This document shows, one piece after another, positions 28,246 to 37,213 of a stretch of 64,000 bases of DNA (positions within the stretch are counted from its first letter, which is position 1; each line of letters starts with the position of its first letter). Position numbers and translations under genes: made by a program. The DNA is from Alphaproteobacteria bacterium (GTDB taxonomy: Bacteria; Pseudomonadota; Alphaproteobacteria; UBA9219): the NCBI GenBank assembly GCA_034002905.1, contig JAVEZQ010000008.1, positions 10,206 through 74,205 of the forward strand. The letters are read 5' to 3'. The notes under the pieces are model-generated. The model saw nothing but the letters and a program-made list of their open reading frames with translations, was not told the DNA's origin and did no database searches.

Positions 28246-29376
28246 TCACTTCTTGGAGGTCTGGTAACGTCCCTTCCAATTACCCCCTTTGCCACGGTAA
28301 TAGCGCAGGGCGGAGTCGATCGTCGCGATCATATAAAAAAGGGCAGCTAAGGGCAAGCTGGCCGCCCATGCCAGAGAACGCCCATAAAAACGGATAGTTG
28401 GCCGGTACAGGATGAAGATTTCGTACAGGACGAAAAGGCCGAGCATCAGGGGAGATGTCTTGAAACTCAAGAGCGCCACGAGCGGAACAAGGAAGAGGAG
28501 CGACAACCCCAACAGGCAGCCGAGTAAATAGAGCGGTGAATAGTGCAGCTGAGTGTAAGCGGCCCGCGCAATCATGTTATGAATCTCATCCATTGTATGA
28601 TAGGGGCGGATACTGCGCACATCGTGCGTAAGGCCGAGGTAAATCCGGTTACTGCATTTCTTGATGAGCGCAGCAAGCGAGCAATCATCAATCAAGGCGT
28701 TTTTGATTTTCTCAAGGCCGCCTGCCTCGTCAAGAACGACGCGACGCACGAGCATCACCCCGCCCGCTGCCGCAGCAACGCGTGATCGTGGATCATTGGC
28801 GCGGCGGAAGGGGTAGAGCATCGCAAAGAAAAAGACAAAGGCGGGGATCATCAGCTTTTCGGCCCAGCTTTCGCAATAAAGCTTGACCATAAGAGATGTG
28901 AGATCAAGTTGGTTGAGTTCAGCTTTTGCGACGAGGTGTTCAAGGCTCTTGGGATGATGGACGATATCGGCATCGGTAAACAAGATAAAGGGTGATGAGC
29001 TTTGCCGGACTCCCGCTTGCATCGCGGCGACTTTCCCTGACCACTCTTTGGGAAGGTCGGGAGCGTCAACGATGGTTAAGCGTGCAGATTGCCCCAATTT
29101 TATTGCCGTTTCTTCAGCGACTTTGCGCGTGGTATCCGTGCTGTGGTCGTTGACAAGAATAACACGGAAATAGCCGGGATAGTTTTGTGTCAGAAGGGAA
29201 GACAAGGTTGCCCCGATGACATCCTCTTCATTGCGGGCCGGAACAACGATATCAATATTGGGCCAAGGTCCAGACCACGAGTCTTCTTCCATAACGAGCG
29301 GACGCCAAAAGTCCCCATGGTAAAATCCGAGATAGAGCCACCCGAGCAAAGAAAGGAACGCTAGAACGGTCAACAT
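28246..29376 (-). CDS. hpnB: Hopanoid-associated family 2 glycosyltransferase HpnB
   Basis: It has a GT2 DxD (VNDHSTD, TDAD), N-terminal and C-terminal TM segments, and sits between hpnA and hpnC. Confidence 0.75.
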   Translation of the reverse strand: MLTVLAFLSLLGWLYLGFYHGDFWRPLVMEEDSWSGPWPNIDIVVPARNEEDVIGATLSSLLTQNYPGYFRVILVNDHSTDTTRKVAEETAIKLGQSARLTIVDAPDLPKEWSGKVAAMQAGVRQSSSPFILFTDADIVHHPKSLEHLVAKAELNQLDLTSLMVKLYCESWAEKLMIPAFVFFFAMLYPFRRANDPRSRVAAAAGGVMLVRRVVLDEAGGLEKIKNALIDDCSLAALIKKCSNRIYLGLTHDVRSIRPYHTMDEIHNMIARAAYTQLHYSPLYLLGCLLGLSLLFLVPLVALLSFKTSPLMLGLFVLYEIFILYRPTIRFYGRSLAWAASLPLAALFYMIATIDSALRYYRGKGGNWKGRYQTSKK

Positions 29377-29385
29377 AGGACAACC

Positions 29386-30393
29386 TTAAAAATACCCGTA
29401 TTCGCCAAACCACTGGACCGCATCGCGAAGGGCGTCTGTCGCCTCTCGCGGTGCATAACCGAGCGCCGTTTTGGCTTTGTCCGAAGAAAAGAACATTTTC
29501 TTTTTGGACATGCGAAGCCCGTCGACGGTCACGAACGGTTCTTTCTTGGTTAGGCGCGCTATAAACTCGGCTATATGTGCGATGGGAATAAGAGGGCCAT
29601 GCGAAAGCTTGAAGAGCGGAGGGTTGCGCCCTGTTAGTATGGCTATGATCTTGAGGATTTCAAGCAGCTCCATATTCTCGCCGCCCAGAATATAGCGTTC
29701 GCCGATTTTCCCTTTTTCAAGGGCGAGCCAGTGTCCCATCGCCACGTCATCGACATGAACAATGTTCAGGCCTGTTTCAACATAGGCGGGCATACGTCCT
29801 GCTGCTGCCTCGACGATAATGCGTCCGGTTGGCGTGGGTTTTAGATCGCGGGGGCCGATGGGTGTCGAAGGATTGACAATCACGGCGGGAAGGCCCTGTG
29901 TCGCCGCCATGGTCCTTACAACGTCCTCGGCCAGATATTTGGAGCGTTTGTAAACCCCGATCATATTGTCGATGGACACTGGCGTCGTTTCCGTGCCTGG
30001 CTTTCCATCGGGCGGGATACCAAGCGTCGCGACAGAGCTGGTATAGACAATTTTTTTGATGCCTGCTTTGACAGCCCCATTCATCAGGGCCTTGGTTCCT
30101 TCGACATTGATCTTGTTCATCGCTTGTTCGTCGGGAACCCAAATTCTGTAATCCGCCGCAACATGGAACAAATAATCGCATCCCTCAAGTTTCCCTATAT
30201 AGCTTTCGGGATCGGCGAGGTCGCCTTCGACAAGTTCGAAGTTTGTTTTGAGGCCGAGCAGATTTCGCCGGTCATTATTCTTTCGCGAAAGGAGGCGAAG
30301 TCGGTGCCCCTTGCTTTCCAATAGAGAGGCAACGGCTGCGCCAACAAACCCTGTTGCGCCTGTAACAAAGGTGAGGGGGGCGTTCTCGTTCAT
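29386..30393 (-). CDS. hpnA: Hopanoid-associated NAD-dependent sugar epimerase/dehydratase HpnA
   Basis: It has a Rossmann TGATGFVGAAV and YxxxK (YKRSK), and is the first gene of hpnABCDE. Confidence 0.8.
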   Translation of the reverse strand: MNENAPLTFVTGATGFVGAAVASLLESKGHRLRLLSRKNNDRRNLLGLKTNFELVEGDLADPESYIGKLEGCDYLFHVAADYRIWVPDEQAMNKINVEGTKALMNGAVKAGIKKIVYTSSVATLGIPPDGKPGTETTPVSIDNMIGVYKRSKYLAEDVVRTMAATQGLPAVIVNPSTPIGPRDLKPTPTGRIIVEAAAGRMPAYVETGLNIVHVDDVAMGHWLALEKGKIGERYILGGENMELLEILKIIAILTGRNPPLFKLSHGPLIPIAHIAEFIARLTKKEPFVTVDGLRMSKKKMFFSSDKAKTALGYAPREATDALRDAVQWFGEYGYF

Positions 30394-30947
30394 TAATTTA
30401 GGTTAAACGTGAAGGTTATACCCGAACAATTTGCTGGGATCGAAGAAACGCCTATTGCGCTGAGGTCATTAAAAGCTACGCCATCGACGATAGCCTCAAC
30501 AAGTCCTGGATCACGGCCCACACCAGTCGTTTTGGTCAGTATGGTTCCGCAGACGTCGGCTGGAAGGTTCGGGTCCAAAACGATCTGAAACTGTGTTGAA
30601 GTCGATATCAAAACGCGCACGGGCGTTCCGAAATCCGTTCTGGGTATCACCGAGGTAGGATCCTCAAACATTTCTCTTGGAAAAGATCCTGCGTTCACAA
30701 GCATTTGTGTAATATCGGTTCCGGGAGCGGAAGTAAAAGCGCTTCGACCACTGTAAAGTTTACGGATGTTTTGTGCGATGACAGCTATGTGTTGGATAGA
30801 GTTTTGCGTCGAAGCCTCTCGTCGGACAACGCTTGTTGCCGCCCAGATGCCGCTGAGAACGAGGCCTATAATGCCAAGGACAATGGCGGCTTCGATCAGC
30901 GTGAAGGCTTGACGTCGCAAAGGCATTGAAAGGGCAGGGGCTCTCAT
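30393..30947 (-). CDS. Type IV pilin-like / T2SS pseudopilin-like protein (prepilin-type N-terminal methylation domain)
   Basis: RRQAFTLIEAAIVLGIIGLVLSGIW is a class III (prepilin peptidase) signal with E at +5. It is about 180 aa. The stop overlaps the hpnA ATG as TAATG. Confidence 0.7.
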   Translation of the reverse strand: MRAPALSMPLRRQAFTLIEAAIVLGIIGLVLSGIWAATSVVRREASTQNSIQHIAVIAQNIRKLYSGRSAFTSAPGTDITQMLVNAGSFPREMFEDPTSVIPRTDFGTPVRVLISTSTQFQIVLDPNLPADVCGTILTKTTGVGRDPGLVEAIVDGVAFNDLSAIGVSSIPANCSGITFTFNLN

Positions 30948-31136
30948 GGGGTAGACTCTCCGTTTCTCTGTAGAGATGCTCGGACTTTATATCTTTTCTT
31001 TCCTTAAGACAAGTTAACGAATTATCAACCCAACTGACCGTTAATCAGGCTAGGGTTCTTCTTTGTCTTTTTACAGGGGCAAAGCGGAGCGAGGCGGTTA
31101 ACGCGTTGCCGCCATTGTTCTTATGGGGTGAGGTGT

Positions 31137-32870
31137 ATGCGATCAGGGGTTCTCCTATTTCTGTTGCCGCTTGTCTTGATGGCCGCTTGTTCGGATATCG
31201 ATGTCTCTAAGGCACGTTCGACTACGGGGCGCGCGCCTTCGGTTGCTGAGGTTCCTGATGCTGATGAAACTGTGCGTGGGCCAGATGATCCACCCATCGT
31301 CACACTGGACATTGGATCGCGGTTGAAAGAGCGTCCTTTAACGCGGTCAGAAACTTTGCCAGGGGGAATAATAGTCCCCAATACAAATTTGAAAGCTGTT
31401 CCGGTTACGGCTGCGTTACAGGCCGTGTTAGATGGAACCGATGTGTCCTTGTCATGGGATTCGAGCAATTTCGAAAGCCGACTGGTTACGGTTACAAATT
31501 TGAGTGGTTCGCTGCCCGTTGTTGTGCGGAAGATATGCACGTCGGCCAAAGTTTTCTGCAGTTACCGCAATGGCCTTTTAGAGCTTAAGGAGCGGGAAAC
31601 CTTTGTGATAGATTTGCCCTCCATCCCAACAAAGTCAGGTGCGGCGGGCGCAACGAACACTATGGCGGATACGATAAGCCTCTTGTCTGGAGATCAGGCC
31701 AAGATAGATAATCAGGGCGGGAACCTTCTTTATACGACGGATGTTGAAGGATATGAACATGTCCATGAATATCTGGATCAATTACGTCATGGACGCCCTC
31801 TCATTGTAATGCAGCTTTATATTTGGGAAGTGACGCTCAACAACGATCATGCAACGGGCATTAACTGGAAGAGCTTTAGTCTGGACGAGTTTGGTGGGCC
31901 CATGGAGAAATTGGCCATCAGTGGGTTGACCGGCTTTACGAGCCTGACAAGTCCGGGGGTCAGTCTTGGGGCGAAGCTTACGGGACGTGTTGATGCCGAT
32001 ACCGTTCTTCAATTTCTTGCAACGCAGGGGCAGGTGCAGACGGTTAGTAATCCACAGCTTACCTTTGTTTCCGGATCAAACGCGGAGTTTCGGGTTGGCG
32101 GTAAGCAACGTTATATCGCGCAGGTCGGCCAGCTTACCTCAAGCGTTTCGGGCACGTCGAGTTCGGGTGTCGGAACCAACACAGTTTCTACCGAAAGTAT
32201 TGATACCGGTCTAACGATCACAACAAGCGGCCTTTATGAGGGGGGAGTCATTTCCGCACTTCTTGAATTGACGACACAGGATGTTGTGAGCCTCAATCCA
32301 ACCACAATGGAAAGTGGTGTTACCGTTGACCTTCCCGAAACTTCGGAGCGCAAGGTCTCGACATCCATTCGTGTTCGGCCCGGAGACAATCTTGTTCTTG
32401 CGGGTCTTGTAACATCACGTGATGTGAATGACCGTGATGGGATTCCTCTTCCTTTTGGAGCTAGAGTTCCAACCTTTTCACGTGATCAACTCAAGAATAC
32501 AGAGCTTGTGGTTTTGGTTAAACCATCTGTTGTTGTTTTTGCCGAGAAAAAGATCGACCCTGAAGCGGAGAAACTCAAAGAACGCATGAAAGATGCGCTG
32601 AGCGAGCAAACGGCCGTTGTTATCGATAAGGACGGGACAAAGATGATGCAGATTCCTGCTGATCAGGGATTGCAGACACCGACTGTTCCTGCTCCCTATC
32701 GCGCTGAGTTGATGGTGCCATATGACGGTCGTGCGCAGCCGGTTCAGCCGATGCCTTTGACTCCTTCAGAAAACGGAACAGCAATTGATGGACGCATGAT
32801 GCAAGGAGGGTTTGGTCAGGCTTTTCGTGAATTGAGCGAGCCGGATGATGGTCAAGTGGTGAAACAGTGA
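31137..32870 (+). CDS. Secretin (GspD/PilQ family) with an N-terminal lipoprotein signal
   Basis: It has an LVLMAAC lipobox, an N0-like region, and a C-terminal secretin domain (NPQLTFVSGSNAEFRVG ... IRVRPGDNLVLAGLVTSRDVNDRDGIPLPFGARVPTFSRDQLKNTELVVLVKPSVV). A strong Shine-Dalgarno precedes the ATG at 31137; the ORF track starts at a GTG at 31128. Confidence 0.85.
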   Translation: MRSGVLLFLLPLVLMAACSDIDVSKARSTTGRAPSVAEVPDADETVRGPDDPPIVTLDIGSRLKERPLTRSETLPGGIIVPNTNLKAVPVTAALQAVLDGTDVSLSWDSSNFESRLVTVTNLSGSLPVVVRKICTSAKVFCSYRNGLLELKERETFVIDLPSIPTKSGAAGATNTMADTISLLSGDQAKIDNQGGNLLYTTDVEGYEHVHEYLDQLRHGRPLIVMQLYIWEVTLNNDHATGINWKSFSLDEFGGPMEKLAISGLTGFTSLTSPGVSLGAKLTGRVDADTVLQFLATQGQVQTVSNPQLTFVSGSNAEFRVGGKQRYIAQVGQLTSSVSGTSSSGVGTNTVSTESIDTGLTITTSGLYEGGVISALLELTTQDVVSLNPTTMESGVTVDLPETSERKVSTSIRVRPGDNLVLAGLVTSRDVNDRDGIPLPFGARVPTFSRDQLKNTELVVLVKPSVVVFAEKKIDPEAEKLKERMKDALSEQTAVVIDKDGTKMMQIPADQGLQTPTVPAPYRAELMVPYDGRAQPVQPMPLTPSENGTAIDGRMMQGGFGQAFRELSEPDDGQVVKQ

Positions 32871-34207
32871 TGAGAGATTTTATTCTGCGAGGTGGTTTTG
32901 TTGTTATCTGTCTGCTCTTTCTGCAGCAGCCAGTTTGGGCTGCACGTGACGCGGCGTTCGTCTCTCCATCGGCGGGTTCTGCAAGCGGAGCTTCTCCTGA
33001 CAGTCTTAAGGTTGAGCCCAAGAACGAGGTCGATGTTGGCGAAACGCCTGTCAATCTTGGCCGTCGTGCGACGTTCTTCTTTATAAACCAAACAGGGCAA
33101 GTCATTAATATCGAGAAAATTTCTGCAAATGGCGATAGCAATGTTAAAGCTGAAATCGTCGGAGATGATTGTTCGCGTACGAAAGCAATTTCCATTGCCA
33201 GTCGTTGTTCGGTGACAGTTGAGGCAACGCCAACCGGTTCAGGTTCATGGTCGGCCGAATTGCTTGTGACACACGATGCCCCCGACCGTATTGCCCGCGT
33301 GCGCATCATTGGAAAGACGGGAGGCAATCAAAAGGAAAGGCGTGACTTGGGGCTTTCTCTGAGCACAAAAGATATCAAGCCTATTGATTTCGGAGAAGTT
33401 GAAGTCGGGACAGATAAAGCTGTGCGCACGGCGCTTATGGTCAATGACAGTAACGAGAACATCAGTATTTTGTCGGTTGAAGTGATCGCGCCTGAAAACG
33501 GGCTAGAGCGGTTGGATCAAGGGTGCTTGCCGGATATGGATCTTAAAGTGGGTGAGTCTTGCCCCGTGACATTGATGTGGCAGCCCGAGGCTCGCGGCAT
33601 GATCTCGACTGACCTGATCATTCGTCATACGGGACAGCTTGGCTTTGCGGTTATTCCCATTCGCGGTAAGGCAAAGGAACCCGTGGCCGATCCTTCACTG
33701 GCAGGAACGGCATCGGGGGGGGCAGGAAAAGGAGCTCCTGTTAAGATGCCTGATCTGAATGCCCCGCCGACACTGGATGATATCCAGCGTGAGATGCAAG
33801 GGAATCTTAGCCCGCTCTCTATTGCTGGCGAGCAAGCAGAAATGGTCCAGCGACGAAAAACGAAACCAAGCGAGGACGCTAGCTTAGGATCCTATCAACT
33901 GATCGGAACTGTTGGTAACCGCGCTATCATCATAAAGCCGGATGGATCGACCGAAATTGTTTCGTTGGGGCAGGATATCCCTGAAGAAGGTGGAACTGTC
34001 AAGGTTCTCAACATAGCACCAAATGAAGCAACGATTATGCGAAAGGGTAAGAAACAGACACTCCGTTTACAACCTTCTAATTTAATGACCAACAGGGCTC
34101 TTCAGCAGCGGTCCGGGGATGCGCGTGAAAAGGATAGCCTTCAAACCAACCGAAAGCCTGCACATATGCAGGAAAAAAGTTCAGTTGATTTACCGGTGAA
34201 GAAGTAA
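32870..34207 (+). CDS. GspC/PilP-like periplasmic secretin-associated protein with two N-terminal Cys-pair beta-sandwich repeats
   Basis: It has an N-terminal hydrophobic signal. Two tandem repeats of about 110 aa each carry a C-x10-C pair (DDCSRTKAISIASRCSV and QGCLPDMDLKVGESCPV). The C-terminus YQLIGTVGNRAIIIKPDGSTEIVSLGQDIPEEGGTVKVLNIAPNEATIMRKGKKQTLRL matches the PilP/GspC HR-domain pattern. The start overlaps the secretin stop. Confidence 0.5.
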   Translation: MRDFILRGGFVVICLLFLQQPVWAARDAAFVSPSAGSASGASPDSLKVEPKNEVDVGETPVNLGRRATFFFINQTGQVINIEKISANGDSNVKAEIVGDDCSRTKAISIASRCSVTVEATPTGSGSWSAELLVTHDAPDRIARVRIIGKTGGNQKERRDLGLSLSTKDIKPIDFGEVEVGTDKAVRTALMVNDSNENISILSVEVIAPENGLERLDQGCLPDMDLKVGESCPVTLMWQPEARGMISTDLIIRHTGQLGFAVIPIRGKAKEPVADPSLAGTASGGAGKGAPVKMPDLNAPPTLDDIQREMQGNLSPLSIAGEQAEMVQRRKTKPSEDASLGSYQLIGTVGNRAIIIKPDGSTEIVSLGQDIPEEGGTVKVLNIAPNEATIMRKGKKQTLRLQPSNLMTNRALQQRSGDAREKDSLQTNRKPAHMQEKSSVDLPVKK

Positions 34208-35982
34208 TGGACGATTTTTTATCAAGTGATTCCGCTGAAGGGGATGCAGGGCAAGTTATTGCCATTCACGATGCGCATCTTGATAATGTCAAACCGCGTC
34301 ATTATGAGCTCGCGCTGGCCGAGCAGGCAATGCGTCGTACTACGGGGCGTTATCTTTCGATAGAGGAAATTCTCAGGCGCAATGGTTTCGTCGTAGAAGG
34401 CAGTAAGAGCATGCATGGCCGAAATGGCGTGCGTGAGGACCTTACGATGCAGTCCTTGCGTCTGTATGTTTCTGTGGCAACGCAGGCAGCCATGGGGCTT
34501 TGCTTGCTCGAACTCAAAGATGGTGTATTACGGATTGCTGTTGGAGATCGTGTTGACGATGCCGATCTTTTGCGCGTTTCGGCAAGCCTTGCACGTGCCC
34601 ACCATCAGGTCGACAAGATCGAGGTCGAGCCGTGGGACAAGACAGACTTTGCTCGGTTGATGCGCGAGCAGAGCGAAGTCGCGGGTGAAAGGCTTTTACG
34701 CGTTTTTTCGATGCTCAGCAAAGATCCTGATGATGCAATGCTGATTGAACAAGCGTTGCATGACGTTTTAGCTGAAGCCCTGCAAACGCGTACTTCGGAT
34801 ATTCATTTTTCACTGCAAGAAGATGACGCGCGTTGCTGGATACGGTACCGTATTGATGGCGACTTGGTTTATAAACATTTGATACCACATCGCGTTATGG
34901 CCCCCTTAGTCACGCGCATTAAAACTGACTCCAAAATGGACGCCGCCGATCGTCAGCATCCGCAGGACGGGCGTCTTGGGTTTGAATGGCAGGGGCGTGT
35001 GATCGACGTTCGTGTTGCAACCTTGCCTGTCGCTCCTTCTGGCGAAAAACTCACCCTCCGATTGCTTGATCGTGAAAATCTGCGCAGTTTTGACGAGTTG
35101 TTTATGCATGCGCCTGTTGTGGCGGAGAAGCTACGGCGGGCTGTTCATGGCCATACGAAAGATGGCGGCTTGATTGTTGTGAGCGGTCCAACCGGTTCTG
35201 GTAAGTCAACGACACTTTATGGCGTCATTCAGGAAATTGATCGTTCGGCAAGAGCGGTTTATTCGGTTGAAGCACCTGTTGAATATGATATGCCTCTGGT
35301 TGACCAGACTTCGGTTACCGATAATTCGGCGAACACGATTGCCGATATTATTCGTGCCCTGATGCGCCATGATCCAGATGTGATTATCGTCGGCGAAATG
35401 CGTGATGGCGACACAGTTGAGGCCGCATTGCGTGCGACTGAATCTGGACACTTGGTTATTACCACAGTTCACGCTGTTGACGCTATTCATACACTTGATC
35501 GTATGGACGGGTTCCTTAGCTCTGACTATCGTACAAGTGGTCTTTACATTTTGGGTCATGCCCTTGTGGCTTCTCTTTCGCAACGTCTGGTTAAAACCGT
35601 ATGTCCGGCTTGTCACCAGACCGAAGAAGCCCTTCGTGTATTTGGCTCGGCTGAGCGATGCAATGATATAGGCGTTTTGCCTGATGATAAGGTTGCCTTG
35701 GCCAACGGTCAGGGGTGTGACCTGTGTAATCGAACAGGATTTTTAGGGCGAACGTTGATTCTAGAAGCGCTTTTCCCTCCCGAGGATCAGGCCAGCCGGC
35801 GTGCAATTACCGAGATGCTTGTCTCGAACGTTTCATCTTCGATCGTCGATGTGCCGGGCACTTTTTTCTTGCCGCGTCGCGAGTCCATACGTGATTTGAT
35901 TCGTCGCAAAGCTGTTGATGCCAATATGGGCGCCTCTTTGATGGTAGAAGAGGCAACGGTTCGTCACAACCGTATGAGGTAG
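34207..35982 (+). CDS. gspE: Type II secretion / type IV pilus assembly ATPase (GspE/PilB family) with a C-terminal tetracysteine motif
   Basis: It has an N1-like domain, ASDIHF and QDGRLGF..RVATLP motifs, a GPTGSGKST Walker A, an Asp box, a VIIVGEMRD Walker B, a GHLVITTVHA His box and CPAC-x27-CDLC. Confidence 0.9.
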   Translation: MDDFLSSDSAEGDAGQVIAIHDAHLDNVKPRHYELALAEQAMRRTTGRYLSIEEILRRNGFVVEGSKSMHGRNGVREDLTMQSLRLYVSVATQAAMGLCLLELKDGVLRIAVGDRVDDADLLRVSASLARAHHQVDKIEVEPWDKTDFARLMREQSEVAGERLLRVFSMLSKDPDDAMLIEQALHDVLAEALQTRTSDIHFSLQEDDARCWIRYRIDGDLVYKHLIPHRVMAPLVTRIKTDSKMDAADRQHPQDGRLGFEWQGRVIDVRVATLPVAPSGEKLTLRLLDRENLRSFDELFMHAPVVAEKLRRAVHGHTKDGGLIVVSGPTGSGKSTTLYGVIQEIDRSARAVYSVEAPVEYDMPLVDQTSVTDNSANTIADIIRALMRHDPDVIIVGEMRDGDTVEAALRATESGHLVITTVHAVDAIHTLDRMDGFLSSDYRTSGLYILGHALVASLSQRLVKTVCPACHQTEEALRVFGSAERCNDIGVLPDDKVALANGQGCDLCNRTGFLGRTLILEALFPPEDQASRRAITEMLVSNVSSSIVDVPGTFFLPRRESIRDLIRRKAVDANMGASLMVEEATVRHNRMR

Positions 35983-35988
35983 GGAGAA

Positions 35989-37212
35989 ATGAAGCTATTT
36001 CATGCAAAATATGTCCAGCAAACAACAGGTGGCGGTTCCTTGGTTCAGGAGGAAGACTTTTATTTGCCTGACGAACGTGCAGTCCGCCATTTGCTGAGGA
36101 GCAAAGGGTATTGGCCCGTGGTCATTCAGGAACAAAAACCTCCCTTGTTTGAATGGATGGATGTTCGTTCGCGTGAATGGCAGATGCAACTTCTCAGAGC
36201 TATCCGTTTCCAGTCCGCGACCGCATCGGCTGGAACGGCGTTGATGAACATTATCGAGGGAGAAGATGACCCAAGGCGTCGTTTGGCCTTTCTTCCAACG
36301 CGAACAGTTTTGAAAGGTGGAGGGTCTTTTTCCGAGGCATTGCGCGAACTCAAGCTAATGGACGCGCCAACTATGGCCATCATCACCGCAGGAGAACGCG
36401 CTGGGGACCTCAAAGGTGTTATTCAGCATGCTATTGAGCATGTCGAGCAAAAAGGAAGCCAGTACAAGGCCGTTATTGCAGCATTGAGCTGGCTTTCTTT
36501 TGATATCATCTCGGTGGTGGGTACCATTTGGGGGAACCAATTTGGGTTTATTCCTTATTTGAAAGCGCAGGGGACAAAAAGCACAGAGCCTGGGGCTGCC
36601 GAAAAATTCGAAAATGCCGTTCAGATTGTCAGTGCAATCAATGGGACAATGCTGTTTGTCTCTTCGGTTATTATTCTGGCGGTTGTCTTTTTTGGCATAT
36701 CTTATTGGCGGAATAGACACAAACAGGACCACTTAACATCTCGGCTCATGATGAATATTCCGATGCTTTCAAGCTATTTTCAAAACATGAACATGAAGGA
36801 CACTTGCAAGCTGATGTCTCGACTTCTTCATGGTAAAGTGAATCTTTCGGATTCTTTAAAAATTATTATTGATAGCTCTGTCGAGCCGTCGACACGTTTT
36901 TATTGGTTGACTTGTCAGGCTAAAATCTTGGGCGGTATCGAGCCTGCGCGCGCTTTAGCTCAGTGGCCGTTGACAAAGGCTGAAAGAGATCAGATTGTCA
37001 CGATTCAAATGGTCGACCAACTTAGTGAGGTGTACGCGGCAATCGCAGAAGAACGTAATTTAATGGCCAAGACAGACCAAAGAAAAATCATCAAATTTGG
37101 CATGTTTATGCTTTTTGCTTTGTCTGGCATTACCGTTCTGACAACGATATACTTGCTCATGCTCCAGAATCAGAGTTTCCTCAATTCTATCAATGAAATG
37201 CGTGGTGGCTAA
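35989..37212 (+). CDS. gspF: Type II secretion system F-family inner-membrane platform protein (GspF/PilC-like)
   Basis: It is a 407-aa polytopic protein with the T2SSF signature GGGSFSEAL ... ITAGERAGDL and a second repeat. Confidence 0.8.
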   Translation: MKLFHAKYVQQTTGGGSLVQEEDFYLPDERAVRHLLRSKGYWPVVIQEQKPPLFEWMDVRSREWQMQLLRAIRFQSATASAGTALMNIIEGEDDPRRRLAFLPTRTVLKGGGSFSEALRELKLMDAPTMAIITAGERAGDLKGVIQHAIEHVEQKGSQYKAVIAALSWLSFDIISVVGTIWGNQFGFIPYLKAQGTKSTEPGAAEKFENAVQIVSAINGTMLFVSSVIILAVVFFGISYWRNRHKQDHLTSRLMMNIPMLSSYFQNMNMKDTCKLMSRLLHGKVNLSDSLKIIIDSSVEPSTRFYWLTCQAKILGGIEPARALAQWPLTKAERDQIVTIQMVDQLSEVYAAIAEERNLMAKTDQRKIIKFGMFMLFALSGITVLTTIYLLMLQNQSFLNSINEMRGG

Positions 37213-37213
37213 T

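Noticed and set aside
31121-31549. 142-aa minus-strand ORF overlapping the start of the secretin gene
   Set aside because: It is antisense to a confidently called secretin and would occupy the divergent promoter region. It has no Shine-Dalgarno.
32620-33327. 235-aa minus-strand ORF spanning the secretin / GspC-like junction
   Set aside because: It is a shadow ORF. Both plus-strand genes have strong domain evidence.
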